DNA of 64,000 bases from Phaeosaccion multiseriatum. Taxonomy: Eukaryota > Protista > Ochrophyta, other classes. Below are positions 17,977-29,820 of the stretch, piece after piece. The stretch's first letter is position 1. Each line of letters opens with the position of its first letter. The stretch covers positions 2,046,001 through 2,110,000 of the forward strand of contig OZ218954.1 of assembly GCA_965112735.1 (NCBI GenBank), given 5' to 3'. The position numbers and the translations under genes are program-made. Below the pieces are notes generated by a model that was not told where the DNA came from, searched no databases, and was given only the letters and a program-made list of their open reading frames with translations.

Positions 17977-20179
17977 ATGGGCTTTCGACCTCTTTCCTCT
18001 CTGCTCTTGTTATCGCTCTCCCGAAGAGGAGCCACTGCCTTTGCAACCGGTGTTTGCGCGTCCTCCTCCTCCCGATCGTGCGCGTTCACGACGAACATGG
18101 CATCATCAGACGCGGCCTCGGGTGTGGCGGAGATTCAGGCCTTCCCCCTCACCTCAGGCCCCAAGGCCCTCCCAGCAGTCGGTACGCACGCCAACCGTAC
18201 TTTGTTGCTGTTTGAATAGGCCGCTTCGCTTCGCTGACCTCCCGTTCCCCGCTTCCTCCATGGTAGGCCTCGGCACATGGAAGAGCGAGCCCGGTGCAGT
18301 GTACGAGGCTGTGCTGGAGGCTCTGAAGAGCGGATACAAGCACATTGACTGCGCGAGTAACTACATGAACGAGCACGAAGTTGGAAGAGCCATGAAGGAC
18401 TCGGGCGTGCCGAGGTACGCTGGCCTCTCTCTCAGGGGGGTGTGGCCGCCTGCACTGATATATATTGCGTCTTTCCCCTCCTGCCCACCGCAGGGACGAG
18501 ATTTTCCTCACCGGCAAGCTGAACAATCCGTACCATCGCAAGGAGCACGTGCGTCCCCACTTGATGAAGACCTTGAAGGACCTCCGGGTGGACAGCCTCG
18601 AGTGAGTGAAGCGCGAGAGAGCAGGCTCAACTCCCACTCTCCCTCTCTTGCGCGCGTATTTTCTCTCCCCCCTACTCTCTTGTTCCCGTGCTCACTCTCT
18701 CGCATACTTTCTTGCGGCCGTGCTCCCTCTCTCTCTCCCTTTCTCTCTGTCTCTCTCTCTCTCTACCCCACCCTCTCCAACATCTCTCCCCCCCCCCCAC
18801 TCTCTCTCCAGCTTGTACCTGATGCACTGGCCCGTGGCCTTCAAGCACGTCCCCTTCGACATGGACAAGGAGGGCATCGACGCCTATGAATCAGACCCCA
18901 ACGATTCCTCCAACCTTGACGACGGGGTCAGCATCAGGGAGACATGGGAAGGTGAGGGAAGAGTCTAAGAAGAAGACGAGTCTGAAGAAGAATCATGTGG
19001 GCTGTCTTCAACGCCTCTTTTGTGGTCGCTGCGAGTGTCTCCTTTCGGCTCCTCTTGCTTCGCTCCTGGCTCTTCCTCTTGTCCTCCTACTTGCTCCTCC
19101 TGCCACTGCTGCTCGGCATTGGCACCCGCCCTGTGCCAGATTCCCGCGCACCCAACCCCGCACCCCCCCCTTGCCCTTTTGCAGCCATGGAGGCGCTCTA
19201 TGAAGAAGGCTTGGTCAAGGCGATTGGCGTCAGTAACTTCAACGCGGGCTTGATGTGGGACCTCCTGACCTACGCCAAGGTCAAGCCCGCAGTGGTGCAG
19301 GTGGAGTCGCACCCGTATCTGCAACAAAAGGCCTTCCTGGAGGTGAGCACACGGACAGATCTCCTCCTAGGAGAGAGAAAGAGAGAGATGGGAGGGAGGG
19401 AGCTACCTCCGTCTCTTCAGTCGTGCGCTTTTGCTTCTTGTAACACTCCCCTCGGCCCCCGCCTTTCTTCTCATTCACATCACCGCGCTCAGTTCCTGAC
19501 CAAGCGGGGCATCGTGTTCGAGGCGTACTCTCCCTTGGGCTCAGGCGACTTCATCTCGGACGAAGAGCCCCGGGTGCTGCTGGACCCCGAGCTGCAACGA
19601 ATCGCAGACAAGCACGGCTGCTCAGTGGCCAACGTGTGCACCCGGTACGTGCAAGTGTAACGCTTTTGGTTGATTGTTGGATGGGTTTCCGGTGTGGGGG
19701 GAGTGAGGGAGTGGGGGAAGGAGTGATTTTGTAATTCTGACTGACGACGGACGGACGGACGGACTGACTGACTGACTGACTGACTTTGACGGGATGAGAT
19801 TAGTTCCCACAACACTCCACCGTCCCAACCCCTGCGTAGCTGACTAACTCAGTGAATGGGGGTTGATAGTGATAGGGTCACAGATCAATCACCCGTAGAC
19901 ATGACAGTCTGATCCGCAACAAGACTTACCCTGACATGACACCACCATCCCCTCCTGCGCGCAACACTCCACCGGTATGAAATCATCAGCTGGGGCGTTC
20001 AGAGAGGGACAGTGGTGCTGCCCAAGTCCGTGACCCCCGCTCGCATCGCCTCCAACCTCCACTCCACGGCCACGCTGCAGCTGGACGACGAGGACATGGC
20101 GGCCATCGCCAAGCTCGACCGGAATCACCACTTCCTTCGACCCAACGACTGGTACCAGGTGCCTCTCTTCACCCCGTAG
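17977..20179 (+). CDS. Aldo-keto reductase, probably organelle-targeted, about 7 exons
   Basis: GLGTW; catalytic tetrad D (HIDCA), Y (SNY), K (TGKL), H (LYLMHWP); [38 protein letters not shown]. Confidence 0.95.
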
Positions 20180-20547
20180 TCTAGTAAAGTGTGATCTTAT
20201 ATAATTAAATATTTCCCCTGTATATTACAAAACAATGGACTCTCAGCCACCGACATGGAGATTGTCGGTGGTGAGGTAACATAAACAACCAGCTCAACAA
20301 ATCTCTATGCCCAAATCTTAATATGATGGGCATGTAAAACTCCTCCTAACTCACTTGTCTGAGTCTCCCTGTGTTCGTTCGCCTCCGCCTCCCCTTCGAA
20401 GAGGGGCTGCGCTTTGTAGTTAAAGCAACCTAATTGTCATGATAAATGTGTATGTACACTCTGGTGCTGCGGCTGCCGAGGTGCCCGAGAGTCTCTCCAC
20501 GGGTCGGTCGGTCCCAGCTGCAGCGCTAGAAGAGCAGTAAATATGGG

Positions 20548-21345
20548 CTAGCAAATGCAGGGTACATTCGCTGGTAGGATGACATCCACCGCTTGTGGTC
20601 CGCGCATTGAAGCAACATACTCTTGGATGGTGGTCGAGAACTCTTGTTTCGTTTGCCAGAGGTCTTGTCTTGGCGGGAGCTCCTCCTTGGTGGGGATGAG
20701 CACAACCCTGAGGAAGAGTACAATAGCAAGAAAGAGAGAGAGTGTATGCGTGCACTGATAAGGACACCGATACGTATGGATATGGATACATAGAACAGAG
20801 ATCGTCCACCTTTCGCGAGGAAACACCGGACAGGCCGATTCAGCGCACATAACTCATAGCCCCCCCCCCCCCCTTTTTATCCCCAGAGAGACACTGCAGT
20901 GACTCAGTCAGTCAGTCAATCAGTCTCCTTGCCGTCGCTCCCTCACCCACCTGACTACTGGCTTGAAGCTGACGGCTCTCCTCGCGCGGGCCTTCGCCGC
21001 GGCGATGCCCATCGGAGACGAGGACGTTGAGCGTAGGCATCCGGTCGTGTTGTGCCTCCTCAGTCGAATCATGTCTTCATCAATCATGTCGTCAAGCAAA
21101 GCCGGGTCCTCTCCCTCCCCCTCCTCCTCCTCCTCCTCCTCTTCCTCCTTCGCGGGCTCTTCTTCCCCCTCCTCTGATGTTGAACACGCCCCGGGTTGAG
21201 GTTGGCTTGCACAGAAGTGGTTAAAGGAGGTGCTGCCCATCGAGGGCAAGCTTCTCACTCTCGGCATCCCCCCTCTTCCCTCGCCGTCGTGCCGTCGTTG
21301 GCGTGACTGCACCCTTCGCCACCGCTGGCTCCTCGTAAAAGACAT
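20548..21345 (-). CDS. Small protein with an RVxF-type motif (RRAVSFKPVVRVVLIP), candidate PP1 interactor; intron 20708-20950; start uncertain
   Basis: Splicing AG|gtggg...cctcag|G joins RRAVSFKPVV-R-VVLIPTKEELPPRQDLWQTKQEF in frame. Confidence 0.6.
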
Positions 21346-21762
21346 GGTAGCGGAAACGCCGCCAAGCACCTTCCCTTGTTGCCTCCTCCTTACACGCTTG
21401 CACGCCCACACGCTACGCACCTACTGTCCTCGGGATAGTACAACAGATACAGATATATCCGCGAAGAGAAAGCCTCTGTCTGATAAAGCCTGCAATTGTA
21501 ATGGGTGAATAATTGTTGGAGGCTTTTTTTGGCTTTTTTTTTTTGATCGGGGGGGGGGGGGTGGCGTCATCGACTTTTGGCCACGTCGTATTTTTTTTGT
21601 TGCCATTCACCAACCTTTTGGTCTTTTCGAGGGGGGGAAGTCCCACTGAACCTTGGAGGCCCAACTTAGAGCCCCAACTTTTCTAACCGAACTTAGAGCT
21701 TCCTTGGTTTCGAGGGGGGATGTCCCACAAACTGAACTTTCGAACGGGGCCTGGCGGCACGG

Positions 21763-21855
21763 ACCGGCGCCAGCCGGCCTGAGTACTGATTTTGCGCCAG
21801 CCGGGGGCTGATTACTGATTACGGCCGGCGCACACCGTAATCTTGTCCAGGGTCG
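21763..21855. mobile_element. Partial (right-half) copy of the MITE at 22337-22519
   Basis: GCGCCAGCCGGGGGCTGATTACTGATTACGGCCGGCGCACACCGTAATCTTGTCCAGGGTCG is nearly identical to about 22461-22522. Confidence 0.7.
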
Positions 21856-22331
21856 GAGGGAGGGATGGAGGGAGGGAGGGAGGGATGGAGGGAGGGAGGG
21901 AGGGAGGGAGGGAGGGAGGGAGGGAGGGAGGGAGGGAGGGAGGGAGGGAGGGAGGGAGGGAGGGAGGGAGGGAGGGAGGGAGGGAGGGAGGGAGGGAGGG
22001 AGGGAGGGAGGGAGGGAGGGAGGGAGGGAGGGAGGGAGGGAGGGAGGGAGGGAGGGAGGGAGGGAGGGAGGGAGGGAGGGAGGGAGGGAGGGAGGGAGGG
22101 AGGGAGGGAGGGAGGAGGGAGGGAGGGAGGGAGGGAGGGAGGTAGGGAGGGAGGGAGGGAGGGAGGGAGCGAGGGAGGGAGGGAGGGAGGGAGGGAGGGA
22201 GGGAGGGAGGGAGGGGGGGAGGGAGGGAGGGAAGGAGGGAGGGAGGGAGGGAGGGAGGGAGGGAGGGAGGTAGGGAGGTAGGGAGGGAGGGAGGGGGGGA
22301 GGGAGGGAGGAGGGAGGGAGGGAGGGAGGGA
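21856..22331. repeat. (GGGA)n microsatellite, about 475 bp, between the two MITE copies
   Basis: Directly visible. Confidence 0.97.
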
Positions 22332-22336
22332 GTCGA

Positions 22337-22519
22337 CCCTGGACAAGATAATCTGATTATTGATTACGGCCGGTGCAGCCGGCCTGATTACTGATTATGA
22401 CCGGCGCCAGCCGGCCTGGTTGCTTACAGCCGGTGACCAGCCGGCCTGATTACTGATTATGCGCCAGCTGGGGGCTGATTACTGATTACGGCCGGCGCAC
22501 ACCGTAATCTTGTCCAGGG
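22337..22519. mobile_element. Non-autonomous TIR element (MITE) with TIR CCCTGGACAAGAT, flanked on both sides by TCGA
   Basis: tcga-CCCTGGACAAGAT (22333-22349) and ATCTTGTCCAGGG-tcga (22507-22523); internal subrepeats CCGGCCTGATTACTGATTA; a second partial copy lies nearby. Confidence 0.75.
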
Positions 22520-22658
22520 TCGATCTAGGCCTAGGCCGGGGGGGCTGCGCCAAAAATAGGCCTAGGCCGGGGGTTTAAAAGGCTGCCCGAATTTCGTCTC
22601 TAGGCCTAGGCTTCTAGGCCAGTCTGGAGCCGAAACCAAGGCCGAGCTCCTCTCCCCC

Positions 22659-22797
22659 TCAGGCCTTGGTACCCCCTCCGATGACGGCGGTGGCTGCCCT
22701 GTTGGCGGCAATCTCGCTGGCGTTGGAGGAAGCAGAGCCTCTCCTCACTCGCCCTCGTCCGTGCCGCGTCTGGAAGGGGGGGGGGGGTTGTGTGTGT

Positions 22798-22844
<47 letters not shown>

Positions 22845-25800
22845 TGGGGCATACGCGAGGGGAGGCCAAGCCCCGAGCAGCAGCGGCAAAGGAGCACATG
22901 ATGACCGCCGTGGGTCTTTCTACCGAGAAGGGGAGTTATAGCCCGCAGTCAACGCACAGTCATGCATACCCGTATCCCTGCTGCCCCTGCACCTACCCGG
23001 TCCATGCCGCTCTCCTCTACGGACGGCGCAACTCGGAAACCGACAGTGTACTTGAGCCCGAAGAAGAGCACCAGCCTGTGCGGCGGTGGTTAGAGGGGGG
23101 GCCGGGGGGTCAGAACGCACTAAGAGCATGGGCGAGCAACACAGACGAAGGTGAATAGACCACGGCAAAGGGAAAGGACACGCCTTGCCCATCCATCCCT
23201 CGAGTAAAGAGTCAAGAGGGCAGGGACAGGGGGAGAGGGGGCGCTCTCCCTCAAGTATACAGCAAAAGGCATCAGCCATCGCCTCCTCTCCTCTCCCCTT
23301 CCAGCTCCGGCCCTGGTCCCTGTCGTGTCGGCCTCGAATTTGCTCTGCTCACTGCGCTACTCACCCAGTGACAATGAGAAAGGGTATCTGCACCAGCAAG
23401 AAGACGACCTGCATGCCCAGCTGGTTGCCTCTACAACCGTACAACACCCCGCAGCACTCCCCACGCCCCAGCAGCTCCTCCGAGTAGGACCTCGTTGCGA
23501 AGAGTCCGGTGGCGATATTGCCCCATATGCCTGCGGCTCCGTGCACGATGCTCGCCTCCACAACATCGTCAATCTTGAAGTGGATCAAGACTGCGTGCGT
23601 GCGTGCGTGCGTGCGTGTGTGTGCGCCCCATGCCACCACAAAGGGGGGTGCATGCGGTGTTGTAGTACGTGAGGGAGGGAGGGACGGACGGAGGAAGGGA
23701 GTTGGTGGGTGAGTTGGAGGGACCGAGAGAGAAACGCACAGGGCATCGGGGCAGCCTTTGCCTCTTTGCCTCTGACGCAACGCCACAGCCTCCATGGCTT
23801 CTCTCCAAAGCCCGTGTCCTCTCATCCCTTCCGAGAGGACAAAGCATGTCTCGCCTCTCCTCGTGCGCCCCTCCCCCCCCCCCCCCTCCTTCTTGTCTAG
23901 CATGCTCACCGATAGACATCATGTAGTAAAAAGCACCGGCTATCACGCCAATCACAAAGGCGCCCTCGGGTCTGACGATGGCACAGCTCCCTGTGATGGC
24001 CACCAAACCCGACAAGAGGCCATTGTTCGTCTAGAGAAGGAGGCGAGGTGCAGGGGAGAACGGAGTCCGGGGGGGGGGGAGGTCAAGTCCATGAGGAGAG
24101 AACAACGAGAACGCCACCGGTCGGACGAAAAAATCTTCCCATCCCTCACCACCCCCATGCCAGAAAGGTGGGGCATTTGATGCTGGCGAGGCAGGCAAGA
24201 AAGAGAGGGCAAGTGAAGCACACACCTTGTACGTGTCGAACTTCCCTTCCCGATACCGCACCAGCATCATGCATGTCAACGTGGCTGAAGCAGGGGCTAC
24301 TGCGGTGTTCATGAAAGCACGAGCCGCCAGCATCGTCCGGCTGCTAAAGTTACCCACTCCGCCACTGGAGGGAGAGAGAGAGAGGAAAGGAGGGAGGGAG
24401 GGAGAAGAGAGAGAGGGAACGAGCAAGAGAGATGAAAAGAGAGTGACACAACAGAGAAGAGAGAGTTGGCAGGGACACAAGTGGTTGTGTGAGCTATGCG
24501 AAGGGAAGGGAAGGCAAGGGGCAGAGCGAGAAACAAGGGGGCAACCACGAAGCAGCGGGGAACAGACCATGCCGTGCCCTTCCTTGCTCTTCAAGGACAA
24601 GACCATCATGGGCACTTACGCGTTGAACATGAGCCAGCCCGCCCTGTGTGTGTGTGTGTTTGTGTGTGTTTAAATTGAGGCGGTGGAGGGGGGAGAGGGC
24701 AACACAGGAGCGGGGGGTGGGGCTTAGTCGCGGCTCATCGTGTCTGAGAAAGGATTCATTCCACTGCTCCGTACACCAAAAACCCCACCACATACTCCAA
24801 GAGTTTGTGGGGAAGTGTTGCGTATCTGGAATCTCTTCTCCCCCTCTCCCACACGCAGGGATACCCCCTCCCCTCTCCATCCTGCTCCCTCCCTTCCTTA
24901 TCTCTACCTCCCTCCCACTCGTTTCTCTCTCTCGCCAGCACACGTTCGGCATCTCCCTCCCCCTAGCACACACTTGTTCTCTTTCTTCTCTCTCTGTGGT
25001 GTGCGTTAACTTACCACATGATGAGGACTCCGAGGGTGTTGAGGGCCGGGCTCTGCTGATTCATCTTCACTGGGCCGCCGACGGGGGAGAAACGCCCAGT
25101 ACGCGGACCCGCAATGATGGCGGCGAGCAGGGCATACACTGCGTGGGCACAGCCGACGGTGGGGTAATGGACAGGGAGATACACGCACACACAGAGAGAG
25201 AGAGAGTGAGAGGGAGAGAGAGAGAGACGGAGAGAGAAAGAGAGGACATGGGAAAAGGTGAGACGAATATATACACCGAGAGAGAGATGAGAGATATGGA
25301 GCGGCAGACGGGGTTTGCGGCAGTGCGTGCGACGGGAGAGATGAAGTGAGCTGAGATGAGCATGGGGCCTTGCTGGCGAATGGGGCGGCATCACAGAGGC
25401 GCAAGGGTAGACGCTGTAGGCAGGAGTAGTAGACGGGAATAGACAGAGCAAGCAGGGAAGAGGCGAGACAAAGCGATAGAGGGTGCAGCAGGGTCTGTCG
25501 AACCCACTGGAGGCACAGAGCCTGAGTCGCGACGGCGCAAAGACAGCTTCCGGGCCCCCCTTCTCCTCTCCTGGTAAGAGGTGTCACTTGTCATTGTCCT
25601 TACCTCCTCCTGTGACGTGCACAACGGTGGTGCCCGATATGTCAATGAGTCCACAGCCGAGAAATGGATCCTCATCTTCTCCGGACATCAGACGACAAGG
25701 GGGGCAGAGGCAAGCAGAGGCAGCAGGCAGGGCGAGCAGAGTAAGCATCTCCACAAAGCATGGAGCGCACAGCACAGCAGCAAAGCGCGTTTCTCTACTC

Positions 25801-27580
25801 GTCAGCACACCCATCCCCACTCCTCTCAAGACAGCTTGTTCCGACCTCAGCGCCGGCTCTACGCTAGGCACGTACTTTGAAAGCTCGCCCAGCCGTCATC
25901 ATTCCACGCCCAGTGCACAATTATTGGGTACTGTTGGTGCGGGTGCGTGTGCGTGGTCCAAAGATGCACAGCAAAGGACAATGGAGGGGGCAAGACCAAA
26001 ATGCGAGAGAAAGGTGAGGAAGAGTGACAGCACGACAAATGGAAGGGCAACGGGTGGGGTGGGGTCTGGAGCGAAGTGCGACAAGAGGGAACATCGAGAG
26101 ACCAACAGAACAAACGGCACGCCGAGTCATCAGCAATGCAAGCAGCTTGGGGAGACTCGATGGACCATAGACGAGGAAGAGACACTGGCATTGCAGCAGG
26201 TGCGGTATCAGTATCGGTGGTAGGGCGGCGGGTGACTCACAAAAAGAGCAGTGAGGAAGGTAGCGTAGATGATGTAAGCACACACGCTCACTCTTTCTGC
26301 CAGCGCTCCAGAGACAATGGTGGTGGCCGTGGCTGCGAAAGACCACTGTGGGTGTGCGGATGTGAGTGTGTGTGTGAGAGAGAGAGTGAGAGATAGAGAG
26401 AGAGAGAGAGAGAAGGGGGTGGAGGGGGAAGAAGACAGACAGAGAAAGGCGGAGAGAAAAGAGACACGAGAACAACAGACAGGGGGGAAAGGGGCAGAGA
26501 GTGAGGGGAGGATGCGACAGGAGTATTCAAGCAGTCCTTGCGCCTGTACACATTCTCCCCATAAGAAAACACACCTCAGCAAACAACAAAGGGTGTGAAA
26601 TTCACACACACGGCCTCCAAAAGCATGTCCAATCTCGGTGCCCGGTCACACCCCAACACTTACCTCGAATATAAAGTCTGCGTACTCCAGAGCAGATCCA
26701 TCGTTGCCAAGGTTTGCGCTGGCGCTGTGGAGAGTAAAGAGAGATAAATACCCAGAGTGGGAAACCGACTACAATGAGCCCAAATACATGATGTGGTAGT
26801 GCGAGCAGATAGCAGCAGCAATAGCAGCAGCAGCAGCAGCCCCCCCACTCACTTGAATGCGAAATTGGAGGTCCCGAAAGAATTACTACTGCTCTTTCCG
26901 TACGCCACGCCATAGCCGATGAGCCACCAAGCTATGGCCCCCAGCGTGGCATCTGCCGATCGATGGGTGTGTTAAAAGGGAGGGGGACGACAACAACGCT
27001 TCAGGCTTTGGGGGGAAGAGGGATACGAGGCTTGAGGACAGGAGACAATAGACCCAGTATCCGCTTGGGGACACTCCGGAGCAGCACAAGTTGCCATGGG
27101 TCATTGGTGTTTGCCCTTCCACCTCTTCCTCTTCTTCTCTACATGGAATACCAACCACACTGACTCACCTCCTATGTTCTTCACCAAGATAGTTTTGGTG
27201 TTTTTGAGATCCACTGACCCCACCTCCACCATGGCGAAGCCTGCCTGCATGAGGAGGATGCATACCGTTCCAAACTACGGGACACAAATACGCACACAGC
27301 AGGACATGACGAGCACAGTCAAGTGAATTAAATCAAAATGACAATCGCCCCCAAGCTCCCCCGAGCTCATCCCCCTTCTACGTCTCCCTCCTTCCTCTCT
27401 GCGCAGTCCAAAGTCGTCGTATGTGTCAGTCTCACCACCGCCCTGCGCCTCACAAGTCTGGTAATAAAAAAAACCATCGTTCCTCACTCTCACCAGTAAG
27501 AAGAAGACATCTACAACAGCTTGGTTCACCGACCCCGCTTCCAGCTCCTCAATCCGCTCCAGCAGGGCCGCATCCGACAT
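22659..27580 (-). CDS. AMT: Ammonium transporter (Amt/Mep family), about 14 exons
   Basis: MQAGFAMVEVGSV, KNTKTILVKN, WSFAATATTIVSGALAER, YPIIVHWAW, VVHVTGG, GPRTGRF, WAGWLMFN, NGLLSGLVAITG, KIDDVVEASIVHG, EESGMDRTRHG. Confidence 0.96.
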
Positions 27581-28096
27581 CAGACAGCCCTCGCAAGTCC
27601 AAATACGGACGGGACGTAGGTGCAGGGATCCAAACCGACTTCAATCCGCCCCAACGAGCATCCCCTCCTCCTCCTACTACTACTCCTGTCCAGCGCTCAT
27701 GTATAAGCCAGCTGTGGTACAAGGGCGCGGGGGCAGGTCTTTATGTCCAAGTGGGGGGGGGGAGGGGGCCCCAATAAGAGCAGTCCAAAGCTCCTGAGGG
27801 GGGGCGTCGCTGACGCTGCTGACGCTGCTGCCGCTGCTGCTCTTGCTGGTGCTGCTACAAGGCTGCAGCAGCAGAGTGTCTGGCTCCTGGTGTGGTGTTG
27901 GGGAAGGGGCAGCCTCTTGTCATAAGAAGAAAACACACAACGTCGTAGAGATGTAGAATGGCACCCAGCGGATGGGCTCCCAAAAAAAAAAAAAAAAAAA
28001 ATTCGGGTAGAGAGAGCAGCTGAACGGTGTTTAAAGACAAACGCCTAAAAGCTTGAAAAGAAAAGCTTTAAAGCTCGAATAGCTCTGACCGACCCC

Positions 28097-28810
28097 ATGG
28101 CTCCATCCAAGGGCGACATCCCGTGGCGGCTGCTGCGGAGCAATCCTCGCGATGAGCGGGAGGAGGCCGTGGCCCTGGCTAGAAGTGAGCAGCAACGGAG
28201 ACACGAGGGGGGGCAGGAGAGCGAGGGGGAGGGCGACGAAGGAGGGCCGGGAGGCAGGAGCAGCAGCGAGCTCGCGATTCCCTGGGACGAAGCGGCCTTG
28301 GGCAAGAGACTCGCCTTTGGAGCCATCTGCGGAGGGGTCACCGGAATAGCGTTTGGAGCGCGTAAGTCACAACGAGATTTTGGTGCCTGCTATTGGGATG
28401 CCTTTGCCTTGCCCCCATGACCCATCGCCCAACCCCTTGCCCCCTCTGCCGCGCTTGCTTTTGTGACAAACCCCTGTGTGTGACACCTCCTCCAATCGCA
28501 ACCAGTGAGTGGCTCAAAGGTGTTGCGAAACAATCCCGCATCAACGCAATTCCCCACGTCGGCCCTACGTATGAAGGAGGCGGTGCGCCTCACCGCCCTG
28601 TCTGGCTCCACCTTCTGCGGGTTTATGAGCGCTTATATGGGCATCAAGTATGGCGCCGCGGTGGTTCGACAAGAGAGTGACATCTTCAATGTCTTTATTG
28701 CGTCTGCGATTGTGGCGGTGCCCATGGTGCCCTTCCCAGCCCTCCGACAGCAGTTTCCTTACGCGGCCATGCTGGTGGCGATGGACACCATCAACGCCCA
28801 TGTGCTGTGA
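28097..28810 (+). CDS. Tim17/Tim22/Tim23-family-like membrane protein, 2 exons (28097-28361, 28506-28810)
   Basis: Gly-rich TM LAFGAICGGVTGIAFGA, FCGFMSAYMGIKYG, VRQESDIFNVFIAS (R..D..N motif). Confidence 0.6.
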
Positions 28811-29820
28811 TGTGAGTCTCTAAGCTCTCACCACTCACTAACTCGCCTGCATGGGCAGGGGAAGGGGTGGAGGCAGCGGCAGAGGAACAGGAAGAGCTAT
28901 GGTTCGCGGGCACCTCTGCCACCACACGAAGCGCCTCTCCTCCCTCATTACTCTTCGCACGCGGGCTCATCCGAAGCGAGAGGCCACAGCCTGAATTCAG
29001 CTCGCCACCGCTACTGCGCTACTTTTGGAAAAGGGGCAATTCCGGGCGGTGGATCTTGTCAGCAGCGCCTGAAGGGGGTAAGATGGGGACGAAGCGCGGC
29101 CCTCAGCACGGAAGCTGGCGCCGGCTGCTGCTGCTGGCCTCTGCTGGTCGTAGCCCCCCATCCTTGGTGGTTCACCTCCACTTGGGAGGCACTAGCTTTG
29201 CGGACTCTATGCTCCGACTCGGACCGGTATGTCCAACACAGCTATAGCCGGTACATCCGTACCATAACCGAACCGTCTTCCCAATGAAGGGCACGACGTG
29301 CTTCAGTCCATCAGAGGACCATTCCAAAGGGAGGCGGCGGCGTCCGGCCCCGGCGAGAATAGGCAAGGCCACGGGAATGGCAAACAGCGGTGAGCTTGGG
29401 GGGCGTCATGCATGCCGAGGGACACCCCCGACAGCCCAGGAGAGGGCAAGGAGATTGTCAGGGGAGTCTTCTGCTTGTCTCATACGTCTCTAGAACTTAA
29501 GGGAAGGAGTGGAAGGGCAGGGCGGCACCCAAGGGTGCGTTTTCCCTTGAGGGTAGGCCCGGTTAGCGCTGTAGACCTTCTGATGCAGCCTCCCTTGGTT
29601 TAGGTGACCGTAATCAATGTCGACCCCAACTATCGATGGTCATTTATGATGATCGACCCCTGATGTGCTACCGAGCGATTCTCGGTAGCCTGCTACCGGG
29701 CCCTCCGAACCCAGTAGTAGCAGGCATAGGGGGGGGGGTTTCTTCTTAAGTCAACACATGCACTTCAGGCCTTCCGGCCTCAGCCCTAATAAGATATAAA
29801 ACACACACACCCGAAAGACC

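Noticed and set aside
21819-22346. PPSL/GGRE-repeat ORFs
   Set aside because: Translations of the (GGGA)n microsatellite; the same applies at 41445-42238, 42527-43148 and 48547-49099
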